From sequence record NZ_CP073849.1: a stretch of 13,570 nt of DNA, one strand, 5' to 3'. Positions 1 to 6,704 of the stretch are shown one piece after another. The stretch's first letter is position 1. Every line of letters begins with the position of its first letter. The notes below the pieces were generated by a model that saw nothing but the letters and a program-made list of their open reading frames with translations, was not told where the DNA came from and did no database searches. The position numbers were made by a program, and so were the translations under genes. The DNA comes from a plasmid.

Positions 1-206
1 TTATTAAATTCTCCAATGACTTTATCCATAATTTTATACAATTCATCACTAGAGTTGATCATATTTAAATCAAGTTTATTTAAAAAATAACCACCAATTT
101 TATTAGATAGTTGTTCTTCTTGTTTTTTCTTTTGCTCTTTCAGTTGTGCAATTTGTTTTTCTAATTGACTTAATTTTGTAATATCTGTTTGTTTAATTTT
201 AGACAT
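1..206 (-). CDS. Hypothetical coiled-coil protein, 3' end beyond window (N-term MSKIKQTDITKLSQLEKQIAQLKEQKKKQEEQLSNKIGGYFLNKLDLNMINSSDELYKIMDKVIGEFN...)
   Basis: ATG at 204-206 (minus), preceded by RBS AAGGGAG (plus 207-221 revcomp) with ~8-nt spacing. Open frame runs off the left edge. Divergent from the relaxase gene. Not in the ORF track because no stop lies inside the window. Confidence 0.5.
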   Translation of the reverse strand, partial: MSKIKQTDITKLSQLEKQIAQLKEQKKKQEEQLSNKIGGYFLNKLDLNMINSSDELYKIMDKVIGEFN

Positions 207-251
207 TAAAAAACTCCCTTAGTTTATCTATATAAAGCATACCATAATTCA

Positions 252-348
252 TTGGGTAAGTCGCACATCCATGGTATAATATAACCAGTTCTTAAGACAC
301 TGCACTGCCCATTTACATGCAAATTGAAAATTGGCATAAAAATGGGCA
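252..348 (+). promoter_or_regulatory. Relaxase promoter (TTGGGT-N17-TGgTATAAT, 252-280) overlapping candidate oriT: RSF1010-like core GGTAAGTCGCAC (255-266) and imperfect 20-bp-arm hairpin 306-348
   Basis: -35 TTGGGT at 252-257, 17-nt spacer, extended -10 TGgTATAAT at 272-280. Arms tgcccatttacatgcaaatt (306-325) and aattggcataaaaatgggca (329-348) pair with 3 mismatches. The core resembles the MOBQ nic consensus YAAGTGCGCCCT. GGAGG RBS lies 7 nt before the ATG at 415. Confidence 0.45.
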
Positions 349-414
349 ACCATACTGGTTGATCATTATAGTTCCCACAGGGGTAAAAAAACAGAAAAGA
401 GAGGAGGTAAAATC

Positions 415-2337
415 ATGAATAAAGGTTACTTTATGTTGAGAGTGACTAACATTAATCGAGCAACAAAAAATATCGTTGCGTCAGCGTCTTATCGTTCTGA
501 TGAAGCATTATATAGCGAACGTACAGATGAAAAAATTAAGTTTAGAAATCATACTATTAAGCCTGAAAGCATGATTTTAACTCCTCAACATGCACCCGAA
601 TGGACTAAAGATAGACAGCGTTTATGGAATGAAGTTGATAAAGTTGAAAAGAATAATGCGAAAACAAAAAATCCTAGATTAGCAAAAGAAGTCTTATTAA
701 GTTTGCCTAATGATTTTGATAGAGAGGTACAAACTGAATTAACTAAAGATTTTATAAAAAGTGAGTTTGTAGACAAAGGAATGGTTGCTGATATTTCAAT
801 TCATAGAGATGATATAAACAACCCACACGCCCATGTTCTACTTACTCAAAGACCGTTTAATGCAGACGGTACTTGGGGGAAAAAGACAAAAACGAGAACG
901 CAATATGATGAAAATGGCAATGCGATTTTAAATAAAAATGGTAATAAAGTTAGAAAACAAGAACGATTTGCCGACTTTGATTTCAAAGAAGTTCGTAAGC
1001 ATTGGGAATTAAAATTAAATCAATACTCAGAACGTGAACAAAGTTTAAGACGATATGATAGTCGTTCTTTTGAAGCGCAAGGTTTAGAAAAAATTGCCGA
1101 AATTCCACTTACAAGAGAAGAATATAGATTAGAACAAAATGAAAGAAAACGCTGTGAAAAAGAGGGTATCGAGTACCAACCCGTTACTTATTACGGACAG
1201 AAAAATGAACAAATTAGAAGATATAATCGTGGCGAAGTATCACAATTATTTAGTGATAAAGAGAAAGAACAAGCACAAAATGAAATTAGATTATTTATTC
1301 AAAATGCTAACGAACAAGTAAGTAAAAATGAACAAAGTTATTCTATTTTATTTGATAGATATCAACGTGATGTTGGCTATTCAGAGGCGAAAGAAACAAT
1401 TAAAAATACGTTTGACAGTGCGTCTACCTTTGGTCGTAAAATTCAAAATGATTTACTTAAAAATGAAATTAAGAGACGTCAATTAAAATTCTATGCTAAA
1501 AATTATGATGAAAATTATCAGTTTAGAAAAGAAATTGAAAGTAAAGGATATAGTCAACAAGAGTTTGTTAATACTGTTGAAACTAACTATAAAGCGTTAC
1601 TCAATGAGAAGAATAAATTAGAAAGTAGAGAGGAAAAACGTAAAGAGATTTATCAATCAGCTAAAGATGTTTATCTAACTGAAAGTGAAAAAAATCATCT
1701 CATTGTTCAGCAAATGTACCCTAAATCTCATCATCATTTTAGCCATGATGAAAAAGCATTTATTGTTGATGAGGCACAAAAAGGTAATATTATAAAAGCA
1801 ACTCATGTTCAATACCTGTTCAAACAAAATAACAATATTCCTAATGATGTATTGCTAGAAGATACTTATAAAAAAGCGAGTAAAGATATTTTCTTTAGTC
1901 AAAAACATCTTAAAAATTTAGAAAAAGATAGCTTTGAATATAACGTTGAGTTGCAATTTATTAAGGAAAAAGAAAAAGAAATTGATAGTTATAAAGAACA
2001 TATTGATGATGATTTAAGAATAGATATAGGCGATAAAAACTTTGAAAAAGTCAAAGACCAAACACCTAATGAAAAAGTTCAATTACTCATTAAACTTGAG
2101 AAATATAATCATGTCGATCAAGAAGAAGTTATCGAAAAACATATTAATCAAGTAGATAGAAATGATCATGACAATCGTATTGAACATGAAAATGAACAAA
2201 CTAATCACATTAATTTACCAACGATAAATGCTAGTGACTTTCTTATGTACTATGCGAACGAAACTGAAAAGCAAAACAATATTAATCATCAGAAAAAGAA
2301 GAAGAAACAAGAGAGAAATAACCAAATGAGAAGATAG
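415..2337 (+). CDS. MobA/MobL-family (MOBQ-type) conjugative relaxase, 640 aa, with long C-terminal Lys/Glu/Asn-rich extension
   Basis: N-terminal ~200 aa match the MobA_MobL hallmark: AxAxYRS catalytic-Tyr region (ASASYRSDEALYSER) and the 3-His motif ISIHRDDINNPHAHVLLTQRPF. Strong RBS. Confidence 0.9.
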   Translation: MNKGYFMLRVTNINRATKNIVASASYRSDEALYSERTDEKIKFRNHTIKPESMILTPQHAPEWTKDRQRLWNEVDKVEKNNAKTKNPRLAKEVLLSLPNDFDREVQTELTKDFIKSEFVDKGMVADISIHRDDINNPHAHVLLTQRPFNADGTWGKKTKTRTQYDENGNAILNKNGNKVRKQERFADFDFKEVRKHWELKLNQYSEREQSLRRYDSRSFEAQGLEKIAEIPLTREEYRLEQNERKRCEKEGIEYQPVTYYGQKNEQIRRYNRGEVSQLFSDKEKEQAQNEIRLFIQNANEQVSKNEQSYSILFDRYQRDVGYSEAKETIKNTFDSASTFGRKIQNDLLKNEIKRRQLKFYAKNYDENYQFRKEIESKGYSQQEFVNTVETNYKALLNEKNKLESREEKRKEIYQSAKDVYLTESEKNHLIVQQMYPKSHHHFSHDEKAFIVDEAQKGNIIKATHVQYLFKQNNNIPNDVLLEDTYKKASKDIFFSQKHLKNLEKDSFEYNVELQFIKEKEKEIDSYKEHIDDDLRIDIGDKNFEKVKDQTPNEKVQLLIKLEKYNHVDQEEVIEKHINQVDRNDHDNRIEHENEQTNHINLPTINASDFLMYYANETEKQNNINHQKKKKKQERNNQMRR

Positions 2338-2435
2338 TAAGCAGTTGAAATCATACAAAGTTCATTCTTTAATAATAAGAAACTTAACCCAATGTGGTAA
2401 ATTAGCTTTGGTTTAAAGAAAACATTTATATACTT

Positions 2436-2487
2436 AGATAAGGTACATTCTATGTATTATCACAATGTATTTTAAAACGTGTATAAT
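2436..2487 (+). promoter_or_regulatory. Imperfect 25-bp palindrome GATAAggTACATtctATGTATTATC (2436-2460) abutting a promoter with extended -10 TGTATAAT (2480-2487); candidate operator/promoter for the XRE-TM2 operon
   Basis: Dyad symmetry read directly. -35-like atcaca at 2459-2464, 17-nt spacer, TGtATAAT. Confidence 0.4.
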
Positions 2488-2610
2488 TATAGAAAAACCT
2501 TGATATTATGCGATTGTTCACATATTTCAGCATAAAAAATACTAATGTTCATAAATATCGATAGAAAAAATTGAGTTTAAATATATCTTAAAGTTAAGGA
2601 GAAAAATAAT

Positions 2611-3024
2611 TTGGAAACAAAAATTGGACATCAAATACAAAAGTTAAGAAAAAGTAAAAACATGTCTCAAGAAAAATTAGCTGAAAAGTTAGGGGTATCG
2701 AGACATTCTATTTCTAATTGGGAAAGAGAAGTAAGTAATCCCGACTTAAAAACAATTTTAGAAATCACTAAATTATTTAATGTTTCTCTAAATCAATTAA
2801 TTAAAGGAGTGGAAATCATGCAAGTTAATAAATATGTTTACTCTGCATTAGCATTTTTTCTAGGAGGTTTCGGGGCTCATAAGTTTTATGTTAAGAAAAA
2901 TAAAAATGCTCTTCTTTATTTACTATTTTGTTGGACGGGAATACCGGGTGTGATAGGTATGGTAGAAGGTGTTTTAACACTTATGCGTCCGAGCGATAGT
3001 GAAAACAATATAGAAATAAATTAA
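2611..3024 (+). CDS. XRE-family HTH transcriptional regulator fused to a C-terminal TM2 membrane domain (137 aa), TTG start
   Basis: RBS AAGGAG at 2596-2601, 9 nt before the TTG. N-term QEKLAEKLGVSRHSISNWEREVSNP is a Cro/C1-type HTH. C-term SALAFFLGGFGAHKFYVKKNKNALLYLLFCWTGIPGVIGMVEGVLTL matches the TM2-domain pattern (GGxGxHxFY + two TM helices). Confidence 0.8.
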   Translation: METKIGHQIQKLRKSKNMSQEKLAEKLGVSRHSISNWEREVSNPDLKTILEITKLFNVSLNQLIKGVEIMQVNKYVYSALAFFLGGFGAHKFYVKKNKNALLYLLFCWTGIPGVIGMVEGVLTLMRPSDSENNIEIN

Positions 3025-3100
3025 ACCAAAAATAAAAAGCCGATGTATCGGATTTTTTTTAGTGTACATGTGAATATTAAAAATGATGGAGTGATTTCAC

Positions 3101-3334
3101 ATGAACACATTCGTTTTCGGCGTGATTACAAAGCGATTAGAAGAAATAGGTTTTAATGTACACAAGGTGTTTAAAATGCCCGAAAAACAGGCACTATTTG
3201 AAGATTTGTACCATTATGTGAGATACGTTAAACCATGCAAGGCTGAACTAACAATGGTGGCATTAGATAGTGATGAATTGATTCATTACTTTATATGCTG
3301 TTACATGGAACGTTATGCTTATCTTTTGAACTAA
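3101..3334 (+). CDS. Hypothetical 77-aa cytoplasmic protein (4 Cys: C46, C66, C67 plus HYF/HY motifs), probably co-expressed with the XRE-TM2 gene
   Basis: GGAG ~10 nt upstream of the ATG. Only a weak 4-5 bp hairpin (3041-3060) separates it from the upstream gene. Followed by a strong bidirectional terminator. Confidence 0.6.
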   Translation: MNTFVFGVITKRLEEIGFNVHKVFKMPEKQALFEDLYHYVRYVKPCKAELTMVALDSDELIHYFICCYMERYAYLLN

Positions 3335-3340
3335 TGATAA

Positions 3341-3369
3341 AAAAGACGCCTAATTTTAGGCGCCTTTTT
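3341..3369. terminator. Bidirectional rho-independent terminator (CGCCTAAtt/TTAGGCG palindrome 3347-3362 flanked by A- and T-tracts)
   Basis: Perfect 7-bp stem with A-run upstream and T-run downstream. Sits between the convergent 77-aa gene (+) and lipoprotein gene (-). Confidence 0.7.
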
Positions 3370-3382
3370 AATAATCTACTAA

Positions 3383-4087
3383 CTACTTATTATATCTAAT
3401 TTTACTTGCTAACTTAGCTACTGTTTTATTGTCGTAGGGTTTAATATAGACTGTTTCAATATTCTCCTCTATTGCTTTTTTTGTTATCTTATTCATTTGA
3501 CTATAATCACTATTTTGTGAATTTTCCCATTTATAAGGGATATTATTATATACATTAATTGTTCCATCACCATTACTGCTATATGTTACAGACCCACCAG
3601 CTCTCATAGGAGCTTCTAATTTCACAACTTTTTCTTTATAAATTGCACTATTTTTGGCTTGTGGATTTACTTTTGAGCCTTTTGGTATTTCTGTAACATA
3701 AACATTTTTAATACCTTTTAAATCATTTCTTGTAGATATTAACTGATACCAAACTCGTGCATATTCAATTTCTTTCGAGTTAAAATTATTTAAGTAACTT
3801 TTATTTTTATCAGTAGATTGTTGCTTCTTATTACTATCATTATTTTTTTCTTGTTTTTTATTATCATTTTTTTCTTTATTTTGTTTATTACTACTTTCTG
3901 AATTATCCGCACTATCAGATGTGTTAGTTTTTTCGTCAATTTCATTTGATGCTTCATTATCTTTGTTTTCTGAGGTGTTAGTATCACTAGAATTATTATC
4001 ATTGTGATGTTCTGAATCGTTATTATTACAACTCACTAAAATTACCGATAAACTAACAATTAATATAGGTAAAATGATTTTTTTCAT
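3383..4087 (-). CDS. Lipoprotein (234 aa): signal peptide + lipobox LVSC, long Ser/Asn/Asp/Lys-rich low-complexity linker, ~130-aa C-terminal globular domain
   Basis: MKKIILPILIVSLSVILVSC lipobox. RBS AAGGAG 8 nt upstream of the ATG (plus 4088-4105 revcomp). Confidence 0.85.
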   Translation of the reverse strand: MKKIILPILIVSLSVILVSCNNNDSEHHNDNNSSDTNTSENKDNEASNEIDEKTNTSDSADNSESSNKQNKEKNDNKKQEKNNDSNKKQQSTDKNKSYLNNFNSKEIEYARVWYQLISTRNDLKGIKNVYVTEIPKGSKVNPQAKNSAIYKEKVVKLEAPMRAGGSVTYSSNGDGTINVYNNIPYKWENSQNSDYSQMNKITKKAIEENIETVYIKPYDNKTVAKLASKIRYNK

Positions 4088-4191
4088 ATTACAACTCCTT
4101 TTCAGTATTTCAAATTAGATTATGTTAATATTTTTTCAGCAAGAAAACGTAAATTACATGAGTTGAAAAATATGTATTAAATATATAATAA

Positions 4192-4229
4192 AATAACCAC
4201 ATGTTTTACATAAACACGGTGGTTATTTT
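4192..4229. terminator. Terminator hairpin AAATAACCAC...GTGGTTATTT downstream of the LPXTG gene
   Basis: 10-bp perfect outer stem with partially paired interior. T-runs on both strands. Lies 9 nt after the stop at 4238-4240. Confidence 0.6.
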
Positions 4230-4237
4230 ATCAATTT

Positions 4238-4936
4238 TTATATTGCCTTTTTTCTGAATATTAAAAGACTTATACCTAATATTAGTAGTCCAGAAGCGCC
4301 AATTATTGACAATATATCACTTTGGTTGCTTTCTCCTGTTTCTGGTAATACTTGAGAGTTTGAATCTTGATTTTTCATTCCTTCAGAACTCTTGTTTTTA
4401 TTTTCAGTTACAGGTGTCAACACACCTTGAGGTGTATTAATAGTTTTATTTTCTTCATTAGCTATCTTTTGACTTTCATTTTTTACAATTTGATTATATT
4501 TTTCTGTGGATACACTATTAGGGTTAGGAACATGACTTTCTAATTCTTGGTATTCTTCTTGAGTCATACAATTAGGTATCACCCCTCCGAAAGGTCTTTT
4601 ACCTTGTTGAGTTCTCTCATTATTTTGTATATCAGTACTTTGTGATTGATATTCATTAAATACACTTGAAACTTTCTCATTATACTCGATTTGAGTTAAT
4701 TCCCCTGAATCTTTCTGTTTAGAAAGTTCACTTATTTGATTTTGTGCAGATTGTGGGAGGGATGAAGTATTGAAGTCTACATTAGCCCAACCATCTCCAT
4801 TTGTATCTGCGCTATTTGGTAAGTTCTCTCCGTATACGGTTTTGGCACCATCCTCAGCATTGGCTGTCGCTGAAAAACCTGTGAATGTTAATGAGCTAGC
4901 CAATAATAAAGTTGGAAGTAATGATCGTTTTTTCAT
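4238..4936 (-). CDS. LPXTG cell-wall-anchored surface protein (232 aa); true start MKKRSLLPTLLLASSLTFTGFSATANA, sorting signal LPETG + hydrophobic stretch + RKK
   Basis: The ORF track gives 4238..4987. The in-frame ATG at 4934-4936 has RBS AAGGAG 9 nt upstream, and the 17 extra N-terminal codons lack an RBS. Sec signal peptide, LPETG motif, C-terminal membrane span and positive tail. Confidence 0.85.
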   Translation of the reverse strand: MKKRSLLPTLLLASSLTFTGFSATANAEDGAKTVYGENLPNSADTNGDGWANVDFNTSSLPQSAQNQISELSKQKDSGELTQIEYNEKVSSVFNEYQSQSTDIQNNERTQQGKRPFGGVIPNCMTQEEYQELESHVPNPNSVSTEKYNQIVKNESQKIANEENKTINTPQGVLTPVTENKNKSSEGMKNQDSNSQVLPETGESNQSDILSIIGASGLLILGISLLIFRKKAI

Positions 4937-5036
4937 AAAATTATCTCCTTTAATAGAATTTGTATTTTCATTATCACATAGATACATTAAACATAAAATG
5001 ACTTATCGGAAGTGCATATGCTTAACAATTCACAAA

Positions 5037-5045
5037 TGATATAAT
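5037..5045 (+). promoter_or_regulatory. Extended -10 TGaTATAAT promoter for the toxin mRNA (TSS ~5052)
   Basis: TGATATAAT read directly. Weak -35. Divergent from the LPXTG gene promoter. Confidence 0.5.
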
Positions 5046-5099
5046 ATAAAAGTCGTCGTTCTACTTCTGTGCTGGTTTAGCATGGAAGGAGGTGACACC

Positions 5100-5198
5100 A
5101 TGTTCAGCATCATATTTGTATCTATAGTAGCTCCTATTATAGTAGGGGTTATAATCACGTTGTTTTCACATTGGTTGAATAATCGTGATAAACAATAA
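5100..5198 (+). CDS. Fst/par-family type I toxin, 32 aa (MFSIIFVSIVAPIIVGVIITLFSHWLNNRDKQ)
   Basis: Perfect SD GGAAGGAGGTGA 5-6 nt before the ATG. Single TM helix with the conserved Fst-family APIxVG....LF.HWL core and charged C-terminal tail (compare pAD1 Fst and S. aureus PepA1/SprA1). Too short for the ORF track. Confidence 0.8.
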   Translation: MFSIIFVSIVAPIIVGVIITLFSHWLNNRDKQ

Positions 5199-5212
5199 AG
5201 CGACGACACAGT

Positions 5213-5290
5213 AATAACACCAAAAAGAGCCCGATAACTACTGGAATAGTTATCGGGCTCGGTGTTTACCATGTTCAACACATATTTGTT
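5213..5290 (-). ncRNA. Candidate antitoxin antisense RNA (RNA II-like, ~75 nt), convergent to the toxin
   Basis: Minus-strand promoter TTGCAT (plus 5321-5326) - 18 nt - TGtTATAAT (plus 5297-5305). The transcript would contain UGUUGAACAUGGUAAACACC, complementary to the toxin SD/start region, and end at the shared terminator. Confidence 0.6.
5221..5267. terminator. Bidirectional terminator shared by toxin mRNA and convergent antitoxin RNA (14-bp perfect stem GAGCCCGATAACTA/TAGTTATCGGGCTC, loop ctggaa)
   Basis: A5 tract upstream (5222-5226) and GGTGTTT downstream. This is the architecture of par RNA I/RNA II. Confidence 0.75.
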
Positions 5291-5374
5291 ATCTAAATTA
5301 TAACATCATAGTGTGGAGGAATGCAAAATTGAATAATTAGTATGTTAAGTCTATACTATACTGATTAGTAAGTA

Positions 5375-6286
5375 CTAATTATCATCTTTGTTATTGTTAC
5401 CCCTTTCATTGGCTTTTGAATCTAATTCTTTTTGAAATTTTTTGTGTGATTTTGAAGAAGTGTTTAAAAAGAAATAGGTCATATTATCCATACGATGTCC
5501 TTTTATAAATTCATTGATAAATTGTTTTTTTGTCATTTTTTTGGTTGTATTACGTTGTTTTTGCAATCTAATGATTTCTTCTTCAATGTATACTCTTATC
5601 ATCAAATCTAAACTAGATGTCTGATTATAAGTAGTGAATAATTTTGGAACTAATAAAGTTTTATTACCATCAAAAAGAAATGGAGTGAAATCATAAGTTT
5701 CCCATATACCGTTAGTAGAGAAATAATAATATGTCACAGTTTCTTTAGAAAGAAACGATTTCATTTCTGGAAATGACTGAATCATGGATTTATTAAAATC
5801 AATTATAACATTCATGATTATATTACTTGTTAAATCTGATAATTTATCATCACCAAAATTTCTGATTAATGGTGCTTTTTGAGGTATTGTTAATCCGTCA
5901 TCATTTAAGATAATGGAAAGAATATCTTCATTCATAAATAGATTAATCAATTCAGATGCTGTAGTACCTTTTCCTGTATTACCTTTCTGAGAAAAACCTA
6001 AGCGTAAATGGTGTGGTTCTGAAAAATGAGAGAATAATTTTCTAAATTCATTACGCTTTTGGGTATCAGAAAAATCACTAAGATGTATATCGATAATTTT
6101 TTCAAAAAAAACATCAATTTGCTCTTGTGCTCTTTGAGCCAAAGTCGCAACTTTTCCAACTTCTCTATTAGATATTACTTTAATAAGGTTTGGGTCTATA
6201 TATTGAAGAGTGTCTTCTTCAATAGAAATATTTAAATAATCAGTTGATTTAGCATCATGATTGAATTTGGTACATACTAGTGTCAC
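5375..6286 (-). CDS. Uncharacterised 303-aa protein (GTG start); no confident family assignment
   Basis: RBS AAGGATGA 9 nt upstream of the GTG at 6284-6286. Long clean ORF with typical codon usage. Contains the Gly-rich segment GFSQKGNTGKGTTASELINLFMNEDI and a Lys-rich C-terminal tail. Confidence 0.75.
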   Translation of the reverse strand: MTLVCTKFNHDAKSTDYLNISIEEDTLQYIDPNLIKVISNREVGKVATLAQRAQEQIDVFFEKIIDIHLSDFSDTQKRNEFRKLFSHFSEPHHLRLGFSQKGNTGKGTTASELINLFMNEDILSIILNDDGLTIPQKAPLIRNFGDDKLSDLTSNIIMNVIIDFNKSMIQSFPEMKSFLSKETVTYYYFSTNGIWETYDFTPFLFDGNKTLLVPKLFTTYNQTSSLDLMIRVYIEEEIIRLQKQRNTTKKMTKKQFINEFIKGHRMDNMTYFFLNTSSKSHKKFQKELDSKANERGNNNKDDN

Positions 6287-6450
6287 TCTATATCATCCTT
6301 CTGTAAGTTTTTTGTTTACTTCCAATATAGAATGATGTATTATTGTAATTGTCGATTTACAATAAGTTGTTATTCTAGGTGGAAGTTTATTGCTTTTGAT
6401 GTATAGATAGACTTAACCTTTTCATTATAGCATACTATAGAAGAAAATGC

Positions 6451-6500
6451 AAGCAAAAGCATATAAACAACAAATGTTGTTTATATGCTTTTGCTTTTTT
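6451..6500. terminator. Strong bidirectional terminator: perfect 22-bp stem (AAGCAAAAGCATATAAACAACA / TGTTGTTTATATGCTTTTGCTT), 2-nt loop, T4 tail
   Basis: Read directly: arm 6451-6472, arm 6475-6496. Confidence 0.75.
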
Positions 6501-6704
6501 GTTAATTGGAGAGGACAAGGTGAATATTAACAGTCAAAATCCAGTTATGTCGGTTAATGAATCGATGAAAATTTTCAAAGCTCAAGTAATGCTTAGAAAT
6601 TTAAAGCTATTAAGCGAGTGGATTGTTAAAGGGGACTGAAGTTAAAGACACTTTTTAAGAAGATTTTTCAATTAAAGGGTATATTAAAACTTTAATTTAG
6701 TACT

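Noticed and set aside
585-776. 63-aa minus-strand ORF
   Set aside because: Lies antisense inside the relaxase gene. No RBS. AT-rich antisense artefact.
1139-1321. 60-aa plus-strand ORF
   Set aside because: Alternative frame inside the relaxase gene. No RBS.
2572-2578. TGAGTTT heptamer shared downstream of both copies of the 19-nt element
   Set aside because: Spacing differs (10 vs 7 nt) and a 7-mer is not significant alone. Mentioned only as supporting context.
3041-3060. Possible terminator between the XRE-TM2 gene and the 77-aa gene
   Set aside because: Only a 4-5-bp stem with a 2-4-nt loop (CCGATgtATCGG), too weak to call. Treated as partial read-through at most.
3790-4002. 70-aa minus-strand ORF
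   Set aside because: Out-of-frame overlap with the low-complexity part of the lipoprotein gene. Ile/Lys-rich junk translation.
4937-4987. N-terminal extension of the LPXTG ORF and of the resolvase ORF (7266-7349)
   Set aside because: In each case an internal ATG with a canonical SD gives a proper signal peptide or catalytic N-terminus. The upstream codons lack an RBS.
4770-5039. 89-aa plus-strand ORF
   Set aside because: Antisense to the LPXTG gene 5' end and its promoter. No RBS.
5030-5281. 83-aa minus-strand ORF (MLNMV... twice)
   Set aside because: Artefact spanning the type I TA locus. The duplicated MLNMV reflects the DRa/DRb direct repeat read on the wrong strand. The real features here are the 32-aa plus-strand toxin and the antisense RNA.
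5375-6286. Fic/Doc (HxFx[DE]GNGR) or Walker-A reading of GFSQKGNTGKGTT in the 303-aa protein
   Set aside because: No His before Phe, spacing is off by one, and no Arg follows. Not a canonical GxxxxGK[ST] P-loop either. Only a weak NTase-like resemblance remains, reported as low-confidence.
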